From: Candidatus Heimdallarchaeum endolithica
GTDB taxonomy: Archaea; Asgardarchaeota; Heimdallarchaeia; Heimdallarchaeales; Heimdallarchaeaceae
Direction: 5' to 3'
Assembly (NCBI GenBank): GCA_021513715.1
Contig: CP084167.1
Coordinates: 800,001 to 864,000, forward strand
Length of the DNA: 64,000 nt
Shown: positions 51,168-61,007 of the stretch, in pieces
Layout: every line of letters begins with the position of its first letter
Position numbering within the stretch: position 1 is the stretch's first letter
Translations under genes and position numbers: made by a program
The notes under the pieces: model-generated
Databases searched by the model: none
Told to the model about the DNA's origin: nothing
Seen by the model: only the letters and a program-made list of their open reading frames with translations

Positions 51168-52886
51168 TTATTCGAAATTATCAGTTTTTACTTCCTCTTC
51201 TTGTTCTTCTTCTATTTCTTTAGAATCTTTTGTCTTTTCTTTTTCTGATGACTTTGAAGTTTCAACTTTTTCTTTTTCTTCTTTTAATTCTGCTTCTTCT
51301 GAAAGTTCTGATATAATCTTTTCTTTGATTATTGTTTTTGGCTCTTTAAGTTCTCTTTTCAACTCGTATTTTATTTCTTCTTTAATCTCTTCCTTAATCT
51401 CTTCCTTAATCTCTTCCTTAAGTAAAGATAATTCGTCTTTAGAAAAGTCTTTCATTATTTCTTTCTTTAGCTCTTTCTTGGGGGCTTCTTTAATTTCTTT
51501 CTTTAGCTCTTCCTTAATCTCTTCCTTAATCTCTGCTTTTATTTCTTCTTTAATCTCTTCTTTCTCATCTACTTTATCCATAATTAACTCCTCTTGAATC
51601 TCTTCTTTTTCCTCTTTTTCCTCTTCTTCCTCTTTTTCCTCTTCTTCCTCTTCTTCCTCTTCTTTTTCTTTCTTTAGTTCACTTTTCTTCTTTCCTTCTT
51701 TTACTTGTTTTTTTTCTTCTTTAGTCTCTTTTTCTTCTTCTTTTTTTTCCAAATCTTTTTTCTCTTTTGTTTCCTCTATACCAAATAGTTCTCGCTTTAC
51801 TTCCTTTTTAATCTCTTCTTTTACTGTTTCTCCTATATCTATTTTCTTGGATGTAGTTTCTTCTTTAGGAACGACTTCACTAGAAACAACTTTTTCTTCT
51901 TTTTTCTTTATATCTTCTGTAATAATTAAAAGAGGAACAATAACATCAGGATCACTCAACAAATCGATAAAAAGACCATATAAATTAGCTAATTTAGATG
52001 GAAGATAAATGATTAGCAATCCTAAATCTTTACCAAAACTAATCATTTGATTTTTCAATTCTTCATGATCTGAAAGGGAAAGAATTTCGAAATCTACAAA
52101 TCGTTGTGAATCTTCAAAAACTACTTGATTTGCACGTTCAAATTTATTTAATTCTTCTTTTTGTTTTGCTATAAGTTCTACAAATTCTTCATCATTTAAA
52201 TCCTGGTACAAATATCTATTTAACAAAAACATACAATGAATGTTTGCATTTTTTATGCTAAATTGAATAGATTTCTCTATTAAATACGATAATCTGCTTA
52301 AACTCCCAGTCACAATACCGATATGTTTCCACAAATATTCAGTATTTAGCTCCTGACTTTCAACTATCAATACAGGAACATCGTTTTCTTCTAAAAGATA
52401 ATTAAAAACATCACCCATTACTTCTATTTTTGCTTCTTCTTTCTCTTCTTCTTGTTTCACCTTGATACTTTTTTTCATGCCAATAAAGGAAGAAGGAACA
52501 ACAATTAAATCATAAGTTGAAGCGTATATAATTGCTGAGATGATGTTTTTTAGACCATCAAGATCTTCAACTACATGACCTTTTATATTAAAGAGTTTGC
52601 TTGATAGATGCTCATATGCGAAAGATAGAGCTTCATCGTATTGTTCTTTATTTGTATCTTCTTTGGAATAAAAACAGATAACGTCTACTGTTGCTTGGAA
52701 AAACAATCTGAGTTCTTCTGCAAGTAAAACAACAGTACGAGATTTTTTGGAACCATCAATAAGAACTAATACACTTTTTATTGGTTTAGCAGAAGGATCA
52801 ACTGAAGGAAGAAGGTTTGCAAACTTCTTTTTCTGCTCTTCAATAGTCTCCTTTTGCACTTCTATTTTATCTTGATGATTGGACAT
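51168..52886 (-). CDS. Tandem USP-like domain protein with Glu/Lys-rich repetitive tail
   Basis: KSVLVLIDGSKKS, YDLIVV, MGDVFNYLL..DVPVLIV; KEEI repeats; start ATG 52886 with GAGG RBS. Confidence 0.72.
   Translation of the reverse strand: MSNHQDKIEVQKETIEEQKKKFANLLPSVDPSAKPIKSVLVLIDGSKKSRTVVLLAEELRLFFQATVDVICFYSKEDTNKEQYDEALSFAYEHLSSKLFNIKGHVVEDLDGLKNIISAIIYASTYDLIVVPSSFIGMKKSIKVKQEEEKEEAKIEVMGDVFNYLLEENDVPVLIVESQELNTEYLWKHIGIVTGSLSRLSYLIEKSIQFSIKNANIHCMFLLNRYLYQDLNDEEFVELIAKQKEELNKFERANQVVFEDSQRFVDFEILSLSDHEELKNQMISFGKDLGLLIIYLPSKLANLYGLFIDLLSDPDVIVPLLIITEDIKKKEEKVVSSEVVPKEETTSKKIDIGETVKEEIKKEVKRELFGIEETKEKKDLEKKEEEKETKEEKKQVKEGKKKSELKKEKEEEEEEEEEKEEEEEKEEKEEIQEELIMDKVDEKEEIKEEIKAEIKEEIKEELKKEIKEAPKKELKKEIMKDFSKDELSLLKEEIKEEIKEEIKEEIKYELKRELKEPKTIIKEKIISELSEEAELKEEKEKVETSKSSEKEKTKDSKEIEEEQEEEVKTDNFE
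51382..51417 (+). repeat. 12-bp tandem repeat (TTAATCTCTTCC)x3 encoding KEEI
   Basis: Three exact copies; further copies near 51514-51537; TTCCTC-type repeats near 51600-51665. Confidence 0.85.
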
Positions 52887-53061
52887 ACGAATTCCTCTCT
52901 CTATGCTTTTTATTTTTTCTTTTTGATTTTTAAACATCTCGAAATCGGTTAGTATATTGGCGTCAATACATTTTTTCATAAAATAAGAAAACAAGAGGTT
53001 TAACTGAAAAAAATGGGAACATATAAATAATAAATTTTTTCTTCTTACTAAAAGAAATAAA

Positions 53062-54165
53062 TTAACTGAAGGCTGATTCTAGTTCTTCTTGTGTTGCAGG
53101 AGGAACTGTCGCTACTTTTAGATTCTCTTTAATATGTTCTTCTTCTTTCATACCAACCAAAGTTGAAACAATACGTGTGTGAGCAGAACGAGAATATTGT
53201 ATAGCTTGTTGAGCTTTTGTCATTAGAAGAGAAAATTTGGGTTGAACAGTTGATTTGAACACTTGTCCTTGAAGTAAGGAAACAGAAGAGAATAAATACA
53301 GGTCAAACTGTTTTGCAGCTTCAGCCAAAGAATATTTAGTATTTTCAATGTACTGGTTTTTTAAACTTACAGCTTGATGGTATATGAAATTCAATGGGAC
53401 TTGAATAAAACGAAAACCGTGATTGTCGCCACCAACTTTTTTAGCAATATTAACTACTTTTTCTAATTGCAAATAATGAGGATGTTTATCTTGAACTCTT
53501 AAACTGTCCCAAGTTGCTAAACCGTACCACCTAATTTTGTTGATATCTCTCATTCTTTCAAAGAAAGAGAAAGCAGCTTCAAGTTTATCATAAAATTCAC
53601 TTGGAGTTACATAATCTAGTTGTGACTCTGCTGCATTATGAAGATATAATAGATCTATAGTAGATACTCTTAGGTTTTTCAATGACTGTTCTAACTGAAA
53701 TTCAAGAAAAGAAGGTGACATTGAGTGTATTCCACCAACAATATCTTCTTTTCTGCAAACATAGCGGTGAATAAGCTCCTCAAATATATATTCATTTAAT
53801 TTTCCATAATATTTTTCTTCAGAAGGAGCTATATATCCATTTTTTGTAGAAATAAAAATTTGTTCTCTGGTTATTGCTTCCTCTGAAATTAACTCTTGCA
53901 GAGCATTACCTATCTCTCTTTCTGCTCTCTGGTTTCTGTAATTTATTGCTGTATCTATAACATTTATTGCTCCTGACTTAATGCAAGTTTTAACAGCGTT
54001 TCTTACTTTAATGTCATCCTCCTCTGTTGGTTGTCCAAGATAAGTTCCTAAACCAATAGAACTTAAGTGGAGGTTAAATACTTCTCTAAAATGCTGTGGA
54101 TGAATATTTTTGCCGGATATAGCTTGCTCTTTATACAAGTTTGTGCCTTCTTCTGTAGCAAACAT
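53062..54165 (-). CDS. Aldo/keto reductase
   Basis: IGLGTY, IDTAINY, ISTKNG, SLKNL..IDLLYLHN. Confidence 0.9.
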   Translation of the reverse strand: MFATEEGTNLYKEQAISGKNIHPQHFREVFNLHLSSIGLGTYLGQPTEEDDIKVRNAVKTCIKSGAINVIDTAINYRNQRAEREIGNALQELISEEAITREQIFISTKNGYIAPSEEKYYGKLNEYIFEELIHRYVCRKEDIVGGIHSMSPSFLEFQLEQSLKNLRVSTIDLLYLHNAAESQLDYVTPSEFYDKLEAAFSFFERMRDINKIRWYGLATWDSLRVQDKHPHYLQLEKVVNIAKKVGGDNHGFRFIQVPLNFIYHQAVSLKNQYIENTKYSLAEAAKQFDLYLFSSVSLLQGQVFKSTVQPKFSLLMTKAQQAIQYSRSAHTRIVSTLVGMKEEEHIKENLKVATVPPATQEELESAFS

Positions 54166-54323
54166 AAAACTACTTTTGTTTTTTTTCTATAAAAGTCTTG
54201 TTCAAAACAAAAAAAGCAAATTGCTAAAAAATTAAGTCAAAACAAAAGACTTATCAAATTTTTTCTCAAATTAAATAAAGAAAGCAATTAGAAGATTGAA
54301 ATTTCTATCAAAAGGTAAATTTA

Positions 54324-55091
54324 ATGAAGAAAAGCTACTTAGAAGTCAAAGCAAGGTTGATTGCAGAAAAAATTCTACAAGCAAAGCACTTTATTGTTTT
54401 AACGGGTGCAGGAATTAGTACAGAGTCAGGAATACCAGACTATAGGGGTGATAATGGAAGATACAAAATTAGAGCACAAGGTAAAGAAGTGAAAGTAAAA
54501 CCATTAGAGGAATTTAAGCCAAATCCTGCACACTATGCGCTAGTTAGATTGCAAGATTTAGGTTTGATAAAATTCATCATATCTCAAAATATAGATGGAT
54601 TACATATTAAATCTGGAATTAAGAAATCAATAATAGCAGAAATACACGGAAATTACTCAATACTTAAGTGTATAGAATGTGATTCAAGGTTTACCAAAAA
54701 AGAAATGAAGTGGGATAATAAAAAATATGGTTGGGGAGCAAGAAGCGCAGAACCTAGCCCTGAACAACCTAAATGTCCAATTTGTGGTGGAAGATTAATT
54801 TCTTCAATTGTTAACTTTAGAGAACCTATGCCTGAAAAAGAGATGAAGTTAGCTAAAGAACATTCCAAAAAATGTGACTTAATGCTTGTTATTGGAACTA
54901 GTTTAAGAGTTTCACCTGCTAACACTCTTCCACGTATTGCAGAGAAAAATGGTTCAGAAGTTTTTATTATTAACCTTAAACCAACAGGATTGGATAACAT
55001 ACTAAAAAATGAAAGAATAAAAGCTAAAGCAGGAGAAATCTTACCCCTAATTGTTGATTATGTAGAAGAGATGATAAAAAATAGCAGTTAA
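54324..55091 (+). CDS. Sir2 family NAD-dependent deacylase
   Basis: GAGISTESGIPDYRG, QNIDGLH, EIHGN, two CxxC, GTSL. Confidence 0.92.
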   Translation: MKKSYLEVKARLIAEKILQAKHFIVLTGAGISTESGIPDYRGDNGRYKIRAQGKEVKVKPLEEFKPNPAHYALVRLQDLGLIKFIISQNIDGLHIKSGIKKSIIAEIHGNYSILKCIECDSRFTKKEMKWDNKKYGWGARSAEPSPEQPKCPICGGRLISSIVNFREPMPEKEMKLAKEHSKKCDLMLVIGTSLRVSPANTLPRIAEKNGSEVFIINLKPTGLDNILKNERIKAKAGEILPLIVDYVEEMIKNSS

Positions 55092-55093
55092 AG

Positions 55094-56767
55094 TTAACTA
55101 TCTTGATAAACTATTTCAACATCAACCAATGATGAATAATTAACCTTACAACCCATAAAAGAACAAACTAAAATCAACCCATTTTTAAGTTCAGGAAAAT
55201 TATTCCCAAGCTCATTTAATGTAATCTTTTTTCGTATTTTAATGAACTCCTTTAATTTTTCATATTTTATTTGTGTAATTATTCCATATTTTGGAACAAA
55301 AACAAGATCATTTTCATCTATTTTTTCTTTGATTTGTTCATACTCCATGATTTTCTTGATATTATCAACAGAATAAAGACCAAGCTCATCAGCTATTTGA
55401 TTAATTTCCATTACTTCATTTTTAGAGGAGATTAATTTACATATTTCAGAAAATTTTGTTATTATTGTTTCTATTCTTTCATTTATATCAGAATATTTAG
55501 ATTCTAGCAGATTATGCAACGTTAAACTTGGAATTTTGTTCTTTTTATAGTAAATAATATCTACTTTTCCCTTCAGATCATTGAAATGAGACTCTAGTTT
55601 TTTATCTACAAGATAGACTATAGGAAGGTCAGTTTTTGCTATTTCTAGTATTTTTGTTCTCTTTTTATGAATGTATTTTTCTGTATAGAAACCTACAATC
55701 TCAAGATAAACTTTTTTTCCTCCTCTTTTGATTGTAAAATCTGGAACAAAGATTTTATCAGCTAAAAAAATAGTTTCTGGTTCTGCTGTAGCTGTCCATC
55801 CTTTATTATTTTGCCATTGAGATAAGAAAATTTTTTCAATTTCAGAGTCTACTTCAATTTGCTTTTCTTGCTCTCCTTCTACAATAATTGAGTCTGATTT
55901 TCCAAAAGGGAGAGGAGGAGGATTGAAAGAGTCTAATTGAAAAATTAAATTCCTTTTTCTTGGCCTTACTACACTCTCTAGCTTAAATTGAATGTTTTCT
56001 AAAAAGCAATATTTTATTATAAATAGAGCAACTGAAGTAATATTTTTACCCCATGTTGAAGCTCCTTCAAAAAATTCTGTTGGAGGTTCAATTTTCACAG
56101 AATAGGGAAAGTCAGTGTCATTTTTTTTCAATATTTCAGACCAAACATAATTAGCTTTAGAAAGAAAAATTATTCTTTTTGAAAAACCTCCAGGTAAGGA
56201 GGAAAGATTTATTGAAACATTTAAAGAAAAATTAAGCAAGGTTTCAATTAGGTCATAATTATATTCTTCCACCAGTTTTTTTGAATCAACTTCATTTTCT
56301 ACAACTTTAGTCAATATTTTCTCGTGTTCTTTGTCAGCATAAAGCAAATTAACTATATCTTGTTCAGAGATATTTTTTTCTTTCTTTATTTTTTGCAAAA
56401 AGCTTTTTCTTTTCTCTTTACTTACAAAACCCTCTTGGTAGAACCTATTTACAAAATCAAACACTATTTCTCTGAATTTTTCTATAGTTCCTATGTTCAA
56501 ATTTTCAATGTTTATTGGAGGTTTCTGAAAAGAAAAATATCTTCTTGAAGATATTAGTAGTGCATCAGAAATTTTTTCTGAAGGGAAGATTTCATTTAAA
56601 ACCTTAAAATTAATGTCTCTTCTTTTTTTACCTATATTTTTTTCTAAGAAATTTATTATAACTTGTACTTTATTTTCACTTGTATATGTGAGGTAATAAG
56701 GGATTATCTGAATTTTCTTGTTTGTTTTTCTAGTTTCATACTCAATTTTCGATAAAGCTAATCTCAC
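55094..56767 (-). CDS. bax1: DUF790 / Bax1-like PD-(D/E)xK endonuclease
   Basis: DSEIE..F, EPE, PDF...YLEIVGF; operonic with XPB-like helicase. Confidence 0.75.
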   Translation of the reverse strand: MRLALSKIEYETRKTNKKIQIIPYYLTYTSENKVQVIINFLEKNIGKKRRDINFKVLNEIFPSEKISDALLISSRRYFSFQKPPINIENLNIGTIEKFREIVFDFVNRFYQEGFVSKEKRKSFLQKIKKEKNISEQDIVNLLYADKEHEKILTKVVENEVDSKKLVEEYNYDLIETLLNFSLNVSINLSSLPGGFSKRIIFLSKANYVWSEILKKNDTDFPYSVKIEPPTEFFEGASTWGKNITSVALFIIKYCFLENIQFKLESVVRPRKRNLIFQLDSFNPPPLPFGKSDSIIVEGEQEKQIEVDSEIEKIFLSQWQNNKGWTATAEPETIFLADKIFVPDFTIKRGGKKVYLEIVGFYTEKYIHKKRTKILEIAKTDLPIVYLVDKKLESHFNDLKGKVDIIYYKKNKIPSLTLHNLLESKYSDINERIETIITKFSEICKLISSKNEVMEINQIADELGLYSVDNIKKIMEYEQIKEKIDENDLVFVPKYGIITQIKYEKLKEFIKIRKKITLNELGNNFPELKNGLILVCSFMGCKVNYSSLVDVEIVYQDS

Positions 56768-56781
56768 TTTAACCCCTTCTC

Positions 56782-58188
56782 CTAAATAATTTCACTTTTC
56801 TTTCTCCTCTTTGCAGTTGATATTTCTAGACTACCTGAAGTTACAAGCTCATATAATTTCACTTTCTTCGTTTTTGGCCTTAAAAGTCTCCCTAAACGCT
56901 GGATAAACTGTCTTGACTGTCCAGAACCACTAACTATTATTCCAACATTAGCTTCTTTTACATCTAATCCTTCATCCAAAACTTTACCTGTAACAAGCTT
57001 TGAATACTTTCCTTCCTTGAATTTCTCGAGAATATTATTTCTTTCTGAGCTCTTTGTTTCATGAGTAATTGAAGGGATAACAAAATTTTTACTTATCATA
57101 TAAACCATATCGTTAAATTCGCTAAAAATGATTACCCGATCATTTTTATGCCTTTTAAGTAATTCTTCTATCACATCTAATTTAGACTGAGAAGAATAGA
57201 CAATTGAACGTGCTTTCCTATGGGCTTCTAAAGCCTTTTTTGCTTCAGGATCAACATTTACTCTAAAGACTAAATAACGTTCGTAATCCTTTGGTGATCT
57301 TATCTGAATTTTCCTTTTTCTTAAATACGAGCGGTAGATATTCATATACTTTTCATACTGCATCTGTTCTTCTTGAAGTAAATCAACTTCAATCGTTTCT
57401 AAATCAAATTTTGAAACAAAACCTTCATCCACTAAATCTGAAATAGTAGAAACAATTATTTGAGGGCCGATTAGGGAATAGAGTTCTTTTTCGCCGCTAT
57501 CAGCTCTATCAGGTGTAGCTGTCAATCCTAATCTGTAAGGGGCTGGGAATCCCTCTGCTATCTTAATTGTTTTTTCTGCAGGAAGATGATGAACTTCATC
57601 AAAAATAATAAACGAGAAATGTTTTCTTAAAGAATTAATATTTTGCCTTGCACTTGCATAAGTTGTTACTGTAATGTCTCTAATTTCCTTAATGTTGTCA
57701 CCAAACTGACCAACCATATCTCTTGTCAGTGAAGTGTATTCTAAAATCGCTTTTATCCACTGCTCTAAAAGATTAATAACTGGAACAACAATCAAAGTTT
57801 TTTGTTTTATTCTTTCTAAAGCTGAAAGTCCCACAATTGTTTTTCCTGCAGCTGTGGGTAAAATAACCACTCCTCTATTTTTATTTAGAACAAATTTCGT
57901 CAAAGCTTCTTTTTGATAATCTCTAAGCTGAACTTTAAGTTTAAGAGCTTGTTTGTAATCATCTGATAAATTAATATCTTCCAATATTGTAGAATAAACA
58001 GCAAACCCTTCTCTTTTTAGTTTTTCAACTATTTTAGGATATAGAAAAGGAAGGGCTCGATATTCATTTTCAACTTTCTTACTTGGTTTAAGTATTTTTG
58101 ACCATTTTTTTAATTCTAAAGGTTGTGATGTTTGAATAATTAAATCAAAAGCAAGTCCTAGTTTTACTTCAGCTTCTTTTTTATTCAT
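56782..58188 (-). CDS. xpb: XPB/Rad25-type SF2 helicase
   Basis: LRDYQ, PTAAGKT, DEVHHL, LGLTATP.R.D, QRLGRLLRP. Confidence 0.85.
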   Translation of the reverse strand: MNKKEAEVKLGLAFDLIIQTSQPLELKKWSKILKPSKKVENEYRALPFLYPKIVEKLKREGFAVYSTILEDINLSDDYKQALKLKVQLRDYQKEALTKFVLNKNRGVVILPTAAGKTIVGLSALERIKQKTLIVVPVINLLEQWIKAILEYTSLTRDMVGQFGDNIKEIRDITVTTYASARQNINSLRKHFSFIIFDEVHHLPAEKTIKIAEGFPAPYRLGLTATPDRADSGEKELYSLIGPQIIVSTISDLVDEGFVSKFDLETIEVDLLQEEQMQYEKYMNIYRSYLRKRKIQIRSPKDYERYLVFRVNVDPEAKKALEAHRKARSIVYSSQSKLDVIEELLKRHKNDRVIIFSEFNDMVYMISKNFVIPSITHETKSSERNNILEKFKEGKYSKLVTGKVLDEGLDVKEANVGIIVSGSGQSRQFIQRLGRLLRPKTKKVKLYELVTSGSLEISTAKRRKKSEII

Positions 58189-58339
58189 AATTTATCTCTC
58201 TACACCTAATTCAAGTAAAAATAACTATAAAAATATGACTAGAATTACTTTTTCTTTTTAATTGAAATTAATATGACTTTTCAAAAGAATAGCTTTATTA
58301 AAGCCTTGTTTCAATGAATTTCAAGAAGAGGAAGTCAAA

Positions 58340-59185
58340 ATGGTAACTGATGATAATATATCTTATTCAGATTACTCTATAGATGAAAAGTACACAGTTA
58401 AAGCAACTAATCTTGTAAAAAGATTTGGTAATTTAATTGCAGTGAATAATCTTACTTTTAAAGTGAGAAAAGGAGAAATTTTTGGTCTTTTAGGTCCAAA
58501 TGGTGCAGGAAAAACAACTACAGTAAAAATGATTCTAGGATTGTTAGAACCAGATGAGGGAGAAATTAAAGTGTTTGACCTTCATCCAGAAAAAGATGAA
58601 ATTGAGGTTAAAAAAAGAGTAGGATATGTTTCAGAAGAGCCTTTGATTTATCGTTCAATGACCGCTAGACAATTATTTAATTTCGTAGGTTCTCTAAGAA
58701 ATTTAGATCCAGAAGAAACAAGCCAAAAACTTTATTCTTTATTGGAAAGCTTTGAAGCTTTGCCTTATTATGATAAACTAATTGCTACTCTTTCAAGAGG
58801 AAATAAGCAAAAAATGCAAGTTATTGCTTCTTTAATTCATGATCCAGACTTACTTATCATGGATGAACCTCTTACTGGATTAGATGCTAAATCTGCTAAA
58901 GTGTTAAAAGAAATCTTAGAAATGCATAAAGAAAAAGGAGGATCAGTTATCCTTTCTACTCATATTTTGGAAATTGCTGAAGAGCTTTGTGATAGAATAG
59001 CAATAATTGATCATGGGAGATTAATAGCTTTAGGAACAGTAGAAGAATTGTCACATTTAGCCAACAAAGTAGGAGCAGATCTAGAAGATATCTTTCTTAG
59101 ATTAACAAATCAAGATGAATCAGTAGATAAAATAGTTGAAAAATTGAGAAAATCCATGAAAAATGGTAAAATTGTTAAAAAGTAA
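58340..59185 (+). CDS. ABC transporter ATP-binding protein (ABC-2 type)
   Basis: GPNGAGKT, LSRGN, MDEP, STH. Confidence 0.93.
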   Translation: MVTDDNISYSDYSIDEKYTVKATNLVKRFGNLIAVNNLTFKVRKGEIFGLLGPNGAGKTTTVKMILGLLEPDEGEIKVFDLHPEKDEIEVKKRVGYVSEEPLIYRSMTARQLFNFVGSLRNLDPEETSQKLYSLLESFEALPYYDKLIATLSRGNKQKMQVIASLIHDPDLLIMDEPLTGLDAKSAKVLKEILEMHKEKGGSVILSTHILEIAEELCDRIAIIDHGRLIALGTVEELSHLANKVGADLEDIFLRLTNQDESVDKIVEKLRKSMKNGKIVKK

Positions 59186-59189
59186 AGGG

Positions 59190-60935
59190 ATGAAGATGTC
59201 TAATCTATTGTCATTGTACAAGTTATCTAAAAGCGTTTATCGTGAATCAATTTTATATTCACAATTAGAATCATCGGGAAGTAACTATACGAAGTTATTG
59301 GAAAGAATAGGGAAAAATCCAAAAATAATTTCTTCTCAACCAAAGGTAATGAAATTTTTGACTTCCTTTTACATTATTTTTTTAACTATAATTCCTGTAA
59401 GAGCTATAACATCAATCAACAGTATACTGCACAACAATTTTCCTTCTCACACTCAAATACCACAACAATGGATAGTTCTTATTGGAAGCATTTTAAATAG
59501 TTCTTTTTTACTGTTAGAACTCTTTGTTTTGATTATTTTTTCGATTATGATGACATGGGGATTATTTTCTCCACAGATATATTCTTGGCCACAAACACTC
59601 CCACTCAGGAAAAAGGACATTGAAAAATTGAGTCTTCTGACTTTTATTAGAGGAATCAATGTTCAATTACTATTTATGATACTTGTATTACCTTTAGGAA
59701 TAGCTATTGGTATTTTCATTAACATTACACTTTATTCTCCAAAAACAACTTTCTTGCTAATTTTTGTCTCTCTTATTATATCGATAATAACTTCTTTTTT
59801 TAATTTAGGTGTTGTTGTTTTTATATCAAAAAAGATGTCTATTTTGATGGAGGAAAAAGAAGATAATTCAAAAAGATCCTCAATAATAAAAGCTATAATC
59901 ACTCTTCTTTATTTGATTTCCTCAATGACATTAATGTATTTCATTCAAATTGCTATTGATAAGATTCCAAATTTTTTCACTAAAGTTCTTCTATCTAGTG
60001 AACAATCGTTATTATTTAACAATATTCTAAGTTTTATTCCCTTTCCCTTCTCTGGAGGATACTTAATAACCATTTTAGCTACAAACCATTCATTATATTT
60101 TTCTCCTATTACAATCTTGGGTTCTATAATTGGATTGTTTCTATTTACAATCCTTACTTATATTCTATTAAAATACTCTGTAAGCATACTTTTGAAAACT
60201 TCTAGAACAAAATCATCCTTTAAAAAAGAAAAAGAAAAAGAAAACTTACAAGAAACATCTGTTCAAGTAAATGTTACTTCTCCTCTTAAAGCTTTTATAA
60301 AGCGTGATCTGTCAATAATTTCAAGAGATTTGCAATTGATAATGGTATTTGTTATGCCAATAATAATTCCTATTTTCGCTATTATAACTGATATAGAAGA
60401 CAATGTTCTATTAAACGAATATGGACTTACAGCTTCTTTTATCTCGATCATATTTTATGTTGCTCTAACAACATATATGATTATTACAGGTATAACAAAT
60501 ATTGAATCAGGAGGAGAAACAATCACGTCATCAATACCAATAAAAACAAGAGATCAAATCAAAAGTAAATTGCCTTATTTCTTTAGTACAATATTGTTAG
60601 CTTACCTAATCTGGAATTTGTTTTTCATTAATAGCGAGCTTTTTCCCAAAATGATTACCTTTAGCCTTATTTATCTTCCCGCAATACCTTTAGCTGGAAT
60701 AAGTGGGTTTTTCTTCAAGATATTCCTCTTTGGAAAGCTAAAATACAAGTACGTGGTAGAAGAAATAAAAACCGAGCATCGTTTAGCTAAGCATTTTGTT
60801 TCATTTCTTTTCGTTTTAATAGTTCTTTTACTTTACATTGGTCTTTCTTTTCTGGGTTATTGGGCTTTAGGAATAGGAGAAATAGTTTATTCTATTCTTT
60901 TGATTTTTGTATTCAATTATATGTTTCCAAAGTAG
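59190..60935 (+). CDS. ABC-2 type permease-like polytopic membrane protein
   Basis: About 12-14 TM, TLPL, KRDL..ISRD; follows the ATPase; exact start uncertain (59163, 59190 or 59196). Confidence 0.72.
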   Translation: MKMSNLLSLYKLSKSVYRESILYSQLESSGSNYTKLLERIGKNPKIISSQPKVMKFLTSFYIIFLTIIPVRAITSINSILHNNFPSHTQIPQQWIVLIGSILNSSFLLLELFVLIIFSIMMTWGLFSPQIYSWPQTLPLRKKDIEKLSLLTFIRGINVQLLFMILVLPLGIAIGIFINITLYSPKTTFLLIFVSLIISIITSFFNLGVVVFISKKMSILMEEKEDNSKRSSIIKAIITLLYLISSMTLMYFIQIAIDKIPNFFTKVLLSSEQSLLFNNILSFIPFPFSGGYLITILATNHSLYFSPITILGSIIGLFLFTILTYILLKYSVSILLKTSRTKSSFKKEKEKENLQETSVQVNVTSPLKAFIKRDLSIISRDLQLIMVFVMPIIIPIFAIITDIEDNVLLNEYGLTASFISIIFYVALTTYMIITGITNIESGGETITSSIPIKTRDQIKSKLPYFFSTILLAYLIWNLFFINSELFPKMITFSLIYLPAIPLAGISGFFFKIFLFGKLKYKYVVEEIKTEHRLAKHFVSFLFVLIVLLLYIGLSFLGYWALGIGEIVYSILLIFVFNYMFPK

Positions 60936-61007
60936 AATACTCTATTTTTAATTTTTTATTTTAGTTTATTAGAAACCAATAAAAACTTACATTAGATTAG
61001 TTTATTA

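Noticed and set aside
50971-51597. 208-aa Ser-rich plus-strand ORF
   Set aside because: Antisense shadow of the Glu/Lys repeat tail
54324-58188. Sir2 + helicase + nuclease as an anti-phage system
   Set aside because: Sir2 is a Zn-ribbon deacylase type and is convergent with, not operonic to, the housekeeping XPB-Bax1 pair
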